This document shows positions 1-12,120 of a stretch of 64,000 bases of DNA, in pieces. The DNA comes from Octopus sinensis. Taxonomy: Eukaryota. The stretch covers positions 44,268,001 to 44,332,000 of the forward strand of contig NC_043000.1 in the NCBI RefSeq assembly GCF_006345805.1, written 5' to 3'. The notes below the pieces were generated by a model. That model worked only from the letters and a program-made list of their open reading frames with translations. It was not told the origin of the DNA and made no database searches. Each line of letters opens with the position of its first letter. Positions within the stretch are counted from its first letter, which is position 1. A program made the position numbers and the translations under genes.

Positions 1-60
1 ATATATGTATGTATATACATGCATATAGACACCGGTATATAGTATATATACATGTACAAA

Positions 61-121
<61 letters not shown>

Positions 122-129
122 ATTATTAT
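61..129. repeat. (GAT)n microsatellite grading into (TAT)n
   Basis: Direct read of the sequence. Confidence 0.95.
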
Positions 130-494
130 TGCTCATCACGCGTAAACGAGGAAGTGCAACACTGACAATGCTCATGCAAAATGTAATCAGTAGTAAATTT
201 CGTTTATTGTATTTTCGCTACTCGAGAGATGATTTCGTATGATTAACGCATGCACGTAGAAAAGTGTGAACCCGTAACAATAACGAATCTGCACATTCTG
301 GTAGATTCGAACCTAAATATGAGATCGCTGTTTATTTTTTTTATATTCTTCAAAGGAGAAAGCATTTTCTCGACAGTCGATGAGTGTTCATATCAGGTGA
401 TATATCACAAAACATCCTAGAGAAAACAGACAATATAGATAGCAAAGTATTCGTATATTTATGTGTGCCTGTTTATATATATATATATATATAT

Positions 495-667
495 GCGAGA
501 AAGAAGCAACAAGAATGGATAGGTTTTTAGTACAATCGTTTCATACAAGGACAGGCTTTATTAAATGTTGCAAAAATTAATAATAATTTTGCAACATTTA
601 ATAAAGCCTGTCTTTGTATGAAACGATTGTACTAAAAACCTATCAATTCTTGTTGCTTCTTTCTCGC
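495..667. repeat. Near-perfect inverted repeat (about 83-bp arms, few-nt loop)
   Basis: gcgagaaagaagcaacaagaat...gttgcaaaaatt mirrors aattttgcaac...attcttgttgcttctttctcgc with about 2 mismatches and 1 indel; (TA)n lies to the left. Confidence 0.95.
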
Positions 668-767
668 TTATAATCACCCCACATTACTGTATTGTTAAAA
701 CAGCATAGTTTTTTTTGGTGCATCTAAGTTAGGTACCATATTCAAGTAAATTCATTTAAATTAACTT

Positions 768-865
768 GAATCTTTATTGCTTTTTGTATATATATATATA
801 TGTATATGTATGCATATATACATACACACACATACACACACACATATGTATATATATAGATCTAC

Positions 866-899
<34 letters not shown>

Positions 900-924
900 T
901 TGTATATATATATATATATAGATC

Positions 925-985
<61 letters not shown>

Positions 986-1140
986 ATACATATGTATATA
1001 TATGTATATATATGATATTATGATAAATATTTATATGTGTATATATATATATATATACATGATATATGACAAACACATATATATGTATATATATATGAGT
1101 GTGTGTACGTGTGCGTGTGTTTGTGTGTGTATGTATATAT
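768..1140. repeat. Compound (TA)n/(CA)n/(TG)n microsatellite field
   Basis: Direct read; explains the YI/HT/CV pseudo-ORFs. Confidence 0.95.
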
Positions 1141-2090
1141 GTATGTCTAATTGTGTATTCGTGAGTAGTTTTCTGTGTATGTATGTTGTGATAATGTTTA
1201 TGTAAGTAAACACTTAGATATTCAGTATGATTTCGAAATACTCTTAAGAAATAATATTTTTAAAAAATCACCAATTTATTTGCACTCAAATATTTTACAC
1301 ATATCTCTGAATTAAATACGTCTTAATGTTTATAAAAATTACGTACATAACCATTATTACAAGTAATAAAAAATGAATATGTACGTCTTTCTTATACAAG
1401 ATACATTGTGATGAATATAACTTAACATACATAATGCTTTCAGTATGTCTTTAAAATGCATTACATTTCTGTCCTTACTTATGTGGCTATTGTATAGACA
1501 TATTATTTATGTTTCTCAATAGGTTAACGTGTAATGTTTAGTGAATAACTTTTGATCACGCTTACAAATTTAGGATATTTTATTTTTTCCTTTCTTTCTT
1601 TTTCTTCTTAAATTTCATTCTTCAATATAATATCATTTATAAAATTTAAAATGTTGTAAAATGCAAGCAAAAATGTATATGCATTATCCGAATGTGTTTT
1701 TCTTATAAATATACTTCATATATTATTTTTCTCCAGAAATTGTTTGTAGCAGCATAACATCGTTTTATTCTTCCGTAGCATTGAATACAAATTGTAAAGA
1801 TGTTTAGCTTATTTTCAGTAGAACCCCCCCCCTGTCTATCGTACTATTTTATTTGAAAAAATCATTTGAAGAACTATCTCTATCTCCCGTCATCGCGTGC
1901 TCTCTCACTCCCTACACACACACACACTCACACACACACAAACGTATATAATGGTACACATGGCCAACTGAAAACGATGTTTCCTAGAGCTAAACAACAG
2001 TGTAGATCGTCACTTCCAGGACAGCCACATTATTCTGGAAATATTGTTTATAGTAGTAGGGTAATTAGATATAGTTATGGCCGGTCTATG

Positions 2091-2149
2091 GAGTTACCTA
2101 GGGTTTCACGTCCATCAAGCGTGTAGCTTTACGGCGTCTTTTCAGACTC
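2091..2149 (-). ncRNA. Degenerate type I hammerhead ribozyme in the PLE 3' region
   Basis: Minus strand: GAGT CTGAAAA [gacgcc..aagc tacac gctt..ggacgt] GAAA CC cta GG TA ACTC. Stem I is 4 bp, stem III is near-palindromic, and the core has G8>A. Confidence 0.6.
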
Positions 2150-2811
2150 TAATGGCCGATGGGCTATAACCTCTCTTCAAAAGTGGAGGACGAAAAACCT
2201 CATGGCTGGTTGTTGAACACATGGAATATGGAGAAGGGTGAAGTGCAAGGTATTATCTCCCTATACGTAATCGGCTACAATGGTAATCTTCTGAAGTGTA
2301 TGCAGGTCTGAAAACTTCCTTCCTAGAATTTAAGGTGTATCCGTGTTGAAGGAGTTCTTTAATATTTCCGCCCGTTCACATCCGCACAACTTGCAACGCT
2401 TGCTCCCATTCATGTAGGGGAATCCATTGTTCTTGGATCATCCATGAGATTACGTGTGGAGTCCATTCGTCCTTCAGACGCAACGTATAGCTGTCCAAGA
2501 ACGTGGCGTATCGACACTCCGTGCTCCTGGACGGGGATCTGTGGTTGCAGAAGCGCTGCTTCAATGTGTTTTTGGAACATTGGCGATGGTGCTGGCGATG
2601 TTGGTTCCGCTATAAACATCGTTGTTGCTGTTGGAGCTGTTATCGGTACTATTTTGTTGGATACTATTGTTTTCGTTTTTAACATTGTTATTACTAGTAG
2701 CATTATCTTTGAAGTAGGCGCTGCTGTTATTTCTGTTGGTGTTGGTGCCGTTGCCATTAATACTGGCATTCCTGCTGCAGCTGCAGCAGCAGCAGTAACA
2801 GTATTATTATT

Positions 2812-2816
2812 ATTAT

Positions 2817-2859
<43 letters not shown>

Positions 2860-2887
2860 GGTGGTGGTAGTGGTGGTGGTGGTGGTG

Positions 2888-2931
<44 letters not shown>

Positions 2932-2940
2932 TGTTGTTGT
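2812..2940. repeat. (TAG)n/(TGG)n trinucleotide run inside the PLE endonuclease
   Basis: Direct read; poly-Thr on the minus strand. Confidence 0.95.
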
Positions 2941-4269
2941 TTCTGGAAAAGCTGTTACGTCATTTGTGTTAGCTACTACATCAACCTTGTAAATGACCCC
3001 ATTGGTTTCGCATAGGCCACCCACTGAAAATCTACCAAAGTCCCTGCATGATTATTTCACCTCTGCTCCTGGTCTAGAAGCGTTAAGTATAATACTCTTA
3101 ATATTTGGGGCGCTGCTAAAAAAGACTCTTATTCTGACTGTTGAATATGCCAAAGGAATATACTACCTACACTCATTTTGAGGCAGAAGTGAGGACTAAA
3201 TGATATTTTGTGGCGCTTCCTACTGCGGGTATAGGAAGCGTCGGCATGTAGGAGTCGAGGTCCCTACATTCGTTAGCTGCTCGGGTCTCGTTATATTACG
3301 GGGATTCTACGTCGATAACTTCTTGGCTAGAAGAAAGGTTTGAGATTTTCTTGATAACATCCTCCATCGGGTTTTTGAAGACGATGGATAGTTGGCGGCA
3401 GGCTGTATTGATACATGCCAGCCTCTCGTTCGGTTTGTAATAGGGCCTGTATATACCAGTGCCCAAGTCGAGCGTGACCTCTAACAAGTCCACGGTAGGA
3501 AGGTTGCTTTCGATTATAATTTTCAATACCATAGAGTTAAGGGTGCTAATCGGGTCTTTCTTAAGCCTATCTGGAGTGTGGCTGTTAGCTCCTCTGGACT
3601 TAGCCAGGGTATCATCTCTGTAGAGACCAAAGAGGAGAGAGGGGAATTTCTTTTTTACGGTATCAAAGATGTGAGGCCGCATGTATCGGCTCTGTAATTT
3701 GCCCACGTCGCTACGTAAAAAGAGCCTATTGGGTCAGTTTGCTTGACCTAGGACGAACTTTTATTGAATAGTACCGTTTTTCTGGTGTACATGATGACAT
3801 ATATGTCCCTTTCGCTAATTTCGGTGAAGCCCTTAGCGAAGAAAAGTGAATTTCGATATAGGCGGTTGTATGTTGAACTAGGTGAATTTTGCTCTGTCCC
3901 TCCCCTTGACGGTATTCAACCATGTAATAATTATGTTGGTGTTAAGCCATCGAAACTGGTTGGTGGCGCTTTTTATGTCGTTGTTGATGTTCCTCAGTAT
4001 GTGCTTGCTCGCCAGACCAATCTCGGATTTAACCGGGTTTACCGCGCAATATTTGTGGTTTTAGTCCGGTTTCTGGTATTTGATAGTAATAAAGGCATTT
4101 TTATAGCTAAAATTTATAGCCCATTTTCTATATCTAAGTGATTGACTAACGATTTGGTTTCACTGTTGATACTGTTGTATTTATGAGAGGACGTCCCTAT
4201 AGTTCAGGGCTTTTTGGTACTCACAAAAGTAGGGCCTGAGGAGACGCCGTAACACAGGCACAAGCACAT

Positions 4270-4301
<32 letters not shown>

Positions 4302-4302
4302 G

Positions 4303-4342
<40 letters not shown>

Positions 4343-5370
4343 AGTCAGGGTACATTGTATCAGGGTACATTCAAGCAAACATTGTTTGAAAGAGGGGTTA
4401 AAACCATCCAAAACCACGAATCTTTCACTATATGTAAATACGTTCGGCGAATATAGCAAATATATTTCTCCGAAACAATTCTCCCACTTGTAAGATATAT
4501 TTAGTAAAATACAAATAAGATGATAGACATCCTAGTATCAAATGAGTTTATTTTTTGTGTTGAATTAACACTTAAAGCTCGTCAGCTAGGCTTACTACAT
4601 AAACTATTTCAAAAAACATTTTTACCTATCCGTGCGCGTTGTTCAACTGAAGGCCTTAAAATTTCCAAACGGACGTTAGTGAGCAAGTATAAATTTAAAA
4701 TCCAAATAAGTTATCATCATCTATAAAAATAATGACAACGATGCAAACAAACATAATCCGCATAAGCAAAATATATAATAAAGAGTCAGGATACAATATG
4801 TACTCTATGATCTTACTTGTATCTTACAAGTGGGACCACTGTTTCGGAGAAATGTATTCGCTATAGTCTCTGTGCGTGTTTACATATAGTAAGAGATGCG
4901 TTGTTTGGAGGATTTTAACTCCTCTTTCAAGCAGCTGGTACATATTGTACCTTAACTTTTATTATATATTTTGCTTATTTGTCTTACGTTTGCTGGCCAT
5001 TTTATCATTATTTTTATAGATGATAGTACCTCATTTGAATTTTAAATTTATACTTTCTTACTAACGTTCGTTTGGAAGTCGTGGGGTGGTCAGTCGAACA
5101 ATATGTTTTTTGAAATAGTTTACGTACTAAGCTGACGTGATTTAAGTGCTGTTCAACACAGAAAGCAAACCCATTTGATACGAGGATTTTTATGATCTTA
5201 TTTGTATTTTCCTAATCTTATCTTACAAGTGGGAGCACTTTTTCGGAGACACATATTTACTATAGTGCATGTTTACATATAGTAAGAGATGCGTGGTTAT
5301 GGAGGGTTTTAACTCATCTTTCATGCAAGCAAACAAGTACAAATTCTACCCTGACCTTTTATTATATATA
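4343..5370. mobile_element. Imperfect foldback (arms about 4343-4803 and 4938-5370) with a partial tandem copy in the spacer; pseudo-LTR-like
   Basis: The arms align along their length (e.g. ttccaaacggacgttagtgagcaagtataaatttaaaat vs the reverse complement of 5030-5078). The spacer repeats the tcttacaagtggga... segment about 398 bp from its copy at 5221. Each arm carries an HHR-like relic. Confidence 0.75.
4531..4590 (-). ncRNA. Degenerate hammerhead-like motif (mirror copy at 5127-5185 on +)
   Basis: Minus strand: CCTAG CTGACGA ... aaaaaataaactcatttga TA CTAGG. The plus copy keeps GAAAgcaaacccatttgaTA. The consensus gives a 5-bp stem I, an intact core and a stem III of up to 6 bp; stem II is irregular. 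Confidence 0.45.
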
Positions 5371-7574
5371 TATAAGTACTATTGCATAGATGAAATTATA
5401 CAAAATATTCATAAAACCAAACGGAACCATCCATGAATTTGAAGGTGTTGGTCGCACTTGTAGGACTTAAGGAAATAATTTTCTTTGAGAAATGTGAATA
5501 TGATAAATGCCCGAAGTGTGGCACTTATGAGGATGAAATTTCTAGATATTGTTGCTTAACGTGGCAGAAATATTACGATTATGTGGTCCTTGATGGGAGA
5601 ACCTTAACTACAGCCACAATATTCAGAAATGGGGACGGTGATTGCAGTTGAAACAAAGGTTCTCTATTCGAATTATGTTCATAAACACAACGATACTCAG
5701 TCATACCATGAGTAAGTTAAGTATGTATACGTATTGTGAATAAGCTTATATAATTTACTAGTGCAAATCAATACTTGCTACACAATTTAATTGATTCATA
5801 TAATATTGAACTTTCTCTTTATCTCTCTCTTTCTTTATCTCTCCATCTCTCTATCTGTCTAATATCTCGCTCAAAATATGTATGCTTGTGCGTGTATGTG
5901 TGCGTGCGTGCTTGTGTGCGTGTGTTATCTGAAATATTCGCAATAAATTTCGCGGTTCGAGCCAATGACTGCAACCAACGTAATTTACAGCAGTAAGACT
6001 CATTGTTGAGCCAGATTCTCTTCCTTCATCTTTTCATAAGCTTGATCTTGAGATATTAATGAAAACTTTTGATTTCGTACAGGAGATGTATTTAACACAC
6101 ACACAACACACACATGCATGCATATACATAAATGAACGTTTGTTTATATGCATGTGTATGTGGTCTGTCTGTTTGCGTGTGTATGTGTATGAGGTATGTC
6201 TGTTTGTGTGTGTGTGTGTGTGTATGTGTATGAGATCCGTCAAAAAATGAAACATCATTAGTTTTTTTGAAACAATTTGACTAGCAGTAGGCGCATCGAG
6301 CTTCTAACTGCAGTGTTAAGAAGTTATACACTTGATGTTTTTACTAAGAGTCTAGTAATTGCTTCATCATGCAATATTTCTAAGGAATCGATCTGCATAT
6401 GCTACGTAGCATATATATTAAGGCAGTTCGGTAATTTATTGCAAGTGTATGCAAGACAGGTTTTACATAGCAATTGTTAGAATGAATATCTTTTGGAAAT
6501 TCTGTGTAAAGTTAACGAAGCTTTTTAATATTGCAACAAGCATACGAAAAATAACGTATATGACGTGTACTAAGCTACGAATGGTGTACAATTACAGTTT
6601 TGAAATAAATCCATGTCTTATTAGACGATTGGTTCAAAGATGCAGTAGCCTAAAACAACAGGTTAACTTAATTGAAATTTGAAACAGGAAGACAATCTGT
6701 TTATTATGGGAATGTCAGTGTTCATTATTATTTTCATTTGGTGTTCGAACAATGAACACAGGGATTTGAGAAATATTCTCTAAAATAATTCTATACTAAT
6801 AGCTAACTACTTTCCAGTTTAGAAAATAAAAGCAAAAAACAATTGGGCGCGTTTTAGTACACGTGGAGATAACTGTTACGAACGACAAAGTATGAGGAAA
6901 TTACAACTAAACGTTCAGTAAAATATTGTATTTCTTATATACACACACGCGTATATGTGTATATGTGGTTGAGGTGCATGTATATGTATATATGTACGTA
7001 CGTATCGTTATATTATACTTAGCGTGTAAGTACAACTAGAACGCCGTATTACAGGAATATTCACCAGGAGAAATCCTCTAATATGAACCTCTAATGTGAA
7101 GAAGTGCAAAAATAGCAATAGCAAGCGAAATCGTCTAGCCCCAGGGTTGTAACGGCCAGATCACGAGATTTCAGTGAGTGTGAACTTTCTCAGATGCAGT
7201 TGTACACTCACCATCGGCTAACTAAACCTCGCTACTAATATATAGAAAAACAGGCTCCGCAGAAATTAAACATTAGAGAGGGAATTTGTATTAATATGAA
7301 TTAGCAGCTTCTATGTTCTATTTAACGTAGATGTATTGTTAGAATCCTGGATGGGTTATTGCTGTATTCGACTTTAGAAATCATCTCAGATAAATGACTA
7401 GTGTTAAGAAGCATAGAAATAATTCTAGGAGATTACAAAATTTAACATTCATCATTAATTCCCAATTTAGTTGCTAATGTCTTATTTTCACAAAAACTAT
7501 GTGCTATTCCTGACATCTGTGGTTGAGTAGTCATGCCCTTTTATATATTGGTGGTGGGGTGATTTATATAGACA

Positions 7575-7623
<49 letters not shown>

Positions 7624-7692
7624 GTGTGTGTGTGTGTGCGTGTGTGTGTGTGTGTCTGTGTGTATGAATGTATGTATGAATGCATGTATGTA

Positions 7693-8098
7693 TACTCTTT
7701 TACTTGTTTCGGTCATTTGACTTCGGCCATGCTGGAGCACCGCCTTTTAATCGAGCAAATCGACCCCGGGACTTATTCTTTTGTAAGCCCAGTACTTATT
7801 CTATCGGTCTCTTTTGCCGAACCGCTAAGTAACGGGGACATAAACACACCAGCATCGGTTGTCAAGCAATGCTAGGGGCACAAACACAGACACACAAACA
7901 CACGCACGCATATATATATATATGTACATATATACGACGGGCTTCTTTCAGTTTCCGTCTACCAAATCCACTCACCAGGCTTTGGTCGGCCCGAGGCTAT
8001 AGTAGAAGACACTTGCCCAAGATGCCACGCAGTTGGACTGAACCCGGAACTATGTGGTTGGTAAACAAGCTACTTACCACACAGCCACTCCTGCGCCT
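7693..8098 (-). mobile_element. tRNA-derived CORE-type SINE, full length (octopus OR/OK-like)
   Basis: Minus strand begins aggcgcaggagtggctgtgtggtaag (A box), then ggttcagtcc (B box), a CORE-like ggcatcttgggcaagtgtc, an internal microsatellite and an ...aagtaaaagagta tail. Confidence 0.9.
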
Positions 8099-8120
8099 AT
8101 GTATATGTGTATGTTTGTAT

Positions 8121-8168
<48 letters not shown>

Positions 8169-9472
8169 AATAATATAATATAATATACGCATATATATGT
8201 ACTTTCCCACATACATTGAAATGTTCCAAATCGGTTCAATGCATAGAATAATATTTTATACTGATCTACATCTGACACAAACTGCATGAAATATATTTTC
8301 TTAAATATATGTGTATCTACTGAGCAATTCCTTAAGCAGTATCGCTTTACACATCAACAATTAAGTTTAGACAATCTTGCTGTCTATTGAATTTTACTAC
8401 GAAGTAAATGTCACCTAAACTACCCCACTGGGTAAAATATTTTATTTCTTCAATCCGATTTGGACGATATTCATGAATGCAAAACAATCTCAAATTCAAA
8501 GAAAACAAAGAGAAAGATCCTTTTAAATCACTGTGGCTGTAATCAATCCAGAAGTGAAACAACTATGAGTTGAGACAGAAAATGTGGTTTCTGTTTTCTG
8601 CCATACGCCCTGTATATATTATTTCTACCAAAGTAAATAACTGCTCTAAATAGTGTAGTTTTTCCTGAATCACATCTTTGAAGAATAGGAATTCTTACAT
8701 CTTCCAATGTTTTAGCGGCTGGAAGTATATTTTTATTACTGTATTTGAACTATTTCAAACTCTAATTCTATTGCGTCATTAACTTCATTACAGTAAAAAC
8801 AAATAAAATAGAAATCACTGTGTACTCGGCCATTGTGCTGATGTTAATAAACAAATAACCCTAAAACTACATCTAACAGTTAGAGAGCACGACGAACATG
8901 CTGAATTTTGTTTATAGAAGTACAAGATGAAAATTGATCATGGACTGAAGGATAAGAACGGAGGGTAAATATAATAATATTAGTACATATTATGTTCATA
9001 TTTTTATTAATATATTACACTTTTCCAGTTTTGACAGTTCCCAGAAACACAATACAATTAATACTATTCTAAAAAACTTATAAAAATTGTTTAATTTCCT
9101 AATTGCATTTCTTAACCAGTTTTTCTTGGTGTAATGTGATATAATTTGTCACTTGCAAGACTTCAGTTTATATCAAATTTATTGGTTCTTTTTTGATGTT
9201 TCGTACGAAATATGTAGAAAGAGATATTTCTGCAACCGAAATACAAATAAGTTGTAAGATACAAATAATGTTATAGGAAATCTTTAACAACTGTTTACAG
9301 CAACCACTGAATCAATAATGAATTCCGGAAACCAAATTCAGACACCTAGCAACGATTGGCATAAATTAAAACTAAGACGTTTGACATCACTGGAAATTCT
9401 GCATTGAAGATAAAGCATTGATCATCACTTTTCATTGAGGGATAAGAAAAATAAGAGAGTAAAATCACATAC

Positions 9473-9805
9473 GTCGGCAGCAGCTGGTTCCACAATCGCA
9501 AACTTAGCATAGATATTCTTTTGCCCCGGCTTCGCATTGAGTCTTTCAGTGGTAAATGTTCATACCTGATGGATAAGAATATCAATTTTGTAAAAAATAG
9601 TCCGTTCACAACATCAGATTATAGGAAGGGAAACTTTTATATAGAGCACGTTACGTAAATATTGGAATCATGCATCTATAGGCCCTTAACTATCTTCTTT
9701 GACATGCAGATGCAATAATAGGATGACATATTCTTACTGATCGATCCTTTGCATTTGTGACGATAGAAATAATGATAACCAATTCTGAGTCTCGTTGATC
9801 ATGAG
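9473..9805 (-). other. Candidate pair of spliced coding exons (9738-9805 and 9473-9565), unknown product
   Basis: Canonical sites: ttttgcttgttcag/..ca|gtaaga and attcttatccatcag/..ac|gtatgt. The in-frame join reads LMINETQNWLSLFLSSQMQRIDQYEHLPLKDSMRSRGKRISMLSLRLWNQLLP. No family recognised. Confidence 0.35.
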
Positions 9806-10918
9806 CTGAACAAGCAAAATATATTTCGAAACTTTTAGTAGATGGTCAGTGGGATTCTAAGTCTGTAACAATTTTTCGAGCCCCAAGTTAAAATACACAC
9901 ATATGTAACTATGGATACGCACACATGCACACATGTATGCGCGAGCAAGTATATGTAAAGAAATAGATAAATGCATTTATCAACATAGAAACAATAAAGG
10001 ACTACAAGTGAAGAGAGGTCATAGAATAAACTATGAAATATTTCTCGAATAGTTTTATCACAACAAAAAAATGCTAAAGCTCGCAGTAAGGCAGAGAGTT
10101 TAACATTTTCTTGAATCATGATGGATCCCACTCCACTAGCGATTGCTATAATCTTAATATGAATGGCGATGGCGTTTATCATAGCATAAACACATAAATG
10201 TTAATATTAGCTATTCATGTATTTGTATTGATAATTACCCCCAGCAATAGCAGTACTATCTGATATATGGACAAACTCACTGATCGCTATTTAATCCTGC
10301 ATCTAATGTAATGTAAGCTGTTATAATGGATATAACGATTAATGTTACTCTCCTCTTATTGCATATGAGCAATATATTAATATTCATATTACTAACACCT
10401 GCAATATGCACGTCCCTCTAATTATTGTGTCTTGTAATTGTAGAAATGTAATTTCATGCCTTCTTAATAATGTATATTTCACTAAAAATGTCATCTATGT
10501 ATTTGATATCCGATGTAATCATACATTTATATATATAGGTGCAACTAGATATAGCTTTGGGTGCAATGTGTATAAATATTTCATACTTTTCGAAGACGAG
10601 ATAAAGCTAAACTTACGTCAGTCGATGAAAACTATTGTGAATTGTAATATTACTTACAGCATAATCAAGCACGGCTTACCTTTTACTGGTGATAGGTATG
10701 GGTGAAGATTTTGCAGGACGAAATTATTGTAGATCCTAAAATGTTATGTTATTGACCTTAACAATCCATTGAACTTACGATAACATACCTTATAATCCTT
10801 TTATTTATATTTCAATAACGATTTGTTCGTATCTCTAAATATATATGTATATCTATAATTGTATATGTATGTGTACACGTGCATATATGGATATAAATGT
10901 ATATATATATATATATAT

Positions 10919-10952
<34 letters not shown>

Positions 10953-11683
10953 GTGTGTGTGTGTGTGTGTAGGTGTGTGCATATGTATGTACACATGTGT
11001 GTATATTTATATTATATATATATATGTGTGTGTGTGTGTATGTATGCATATGCATATATATATATATATAATATATATATATATACATACATATATTCAT
11101 GTTTATATTTATACACATATACATATGTTAACGGCATTTTATATGTTATATACCTGTGTGTGTACGAATAGGAAAATTGAAGTTTAGCGATTGTTTCGCC
11201 TTTTGCGTTAGTGATCGGTGGATTTCTTAAAGGGTATCTTTTAACTGAGAATAAATCTGCTAAGTTTTCGATAATTTTTTTTATAACAACTACTGGGACC
11301 GCGATGACTAATGATGCCTCTGATTCCTCTATGTCAGTGTTAGACCATAAACTAGTTTAGATAAGTGTATTTGGATTGGATATCTTCGTTTCTTGTTTCA
11401 CTGTTTAAAGCCACAACTAATTCTTCGGTGTATTCGAATGTAAATCTTAAATACATCACTTGCCCAGGTAATGATCGCTACGTCCGGGCTGATCTTTAAG
11501 TCTTACCTGGTTAAAATTCTACCAGTCTAAAATTTTACTATATCATGATACCGAAAGAGCTTTTGTGTCTACTTTTTATACCTGAGCTGGATTTATGCTT
11601 ATAAACGGTACTTGTATATCTACAGTAGCGTATATATATATATATATATATAGATAGATGAGAAAGTTGGTTTGTGAAAGCAC

Positions 11684-12120
11684 GTGGTTGAATATATACT
11701 CAGACGTAGATGCACACTGCATCGACAACAGATTGCATTCCCAGAATACAGAATGATACCCTTTAGTGAGCACATTGAGAAATGCGCAAAGCAACTGCTA
11801 CCACAATTTTTAATCTTTCCATTTAACCAATGTGCTATCGGAACACCAACACAAATTAGACTAAACAAGGAAACATTCTTCATTGAAAAGTACAAACCCA
11901 GACTTAACCATTCCAACATACTTATACAGAGAAATTCACTCCAAAGAAAAGACAAAAAATGTTAAGCGATTATCTCCCTTACACCGGAAGAAATCACTTA
12001 TTACCTCCCCTTATTTGGAACTCTTCTCAACAGAAACATAACGATAAATCTTCTCAACGTAAGCATAACGATGTAAGAAATTTGAAAAGCTGAACGCGAA
12101 ACCGGTCATTTCTTCTAAAC
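11684..12120 (+). mobile_element. PLE 3' fragment: GIY-YIG C-terminal half plus 3' region with HHR (Neptune-like)
   Basis: ORF LRRRCTLHRQQIAFPEYRMIPFSEHIEKCAKQLLPQFLIFPF...ETFFIEKYKPRLN, the same family as 18240-18535. Confidence 0.85.
12075..12114 (+). ncRNA. Minimal type I hammerhead ribozyme, U3-A8 core variant
   Basis: AAGAAAT TTGAAAA GC tgaac GC GAAA CCGG TC ATTTCTT: perfect 7-bp stem I, palindromic stem III ACCGGT, GUC cleavage triplet. Confidence 0.75.

Larger units (their letters stand above)
2000..4250 (-). mobile_element. Degenerate Penelope-like retroelement (RT + GIY-YIG), YRDD-type RT, possibly Hydra-clade-like
   Basis: Minus-strand remnants in order: NAFITIK..., NPVKSEIGLASKHIL, ITWLNTVKGRDRAKF, FGLYRDDTLA, IESNLPTVDLLEVTLDLGTGIYRPYYKPN, RKRHKISFSPHF, GGLCETNGVIYKVDV, LKQRFCNH...SW, PYMNGSKRCKLC...TLNSRKEVF. 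Many stops and frameshifts. The clade label is inference. Confidence 0.92.

Noticed and set aside
4828-4950. Apparent exon YNMYQLLERGVKILQTTHLLLYVNTHRDYSEYISPKQWSHL with two paralogous copies
   Set aside because: It lies inside the 4343-5370 foldback repeat. The acceptor is purine-rich and the other copies are frameshifted, so the conservation is explained by the repeat.
5433-5651. 72-aa Cys-containing ORF (MNLKVLVALVG...KCPKC...)
   Set aside because: No recognisable domain, signal peptide or splice context, and the length is within chance.
7184-7225. gtgagtgt...acactcac short inverted repeat with ATG|gtgagt on minus
   Set aside because: It could be a first-exon donor, but no downstream exon could be linked and the motif is short enough to be chance.
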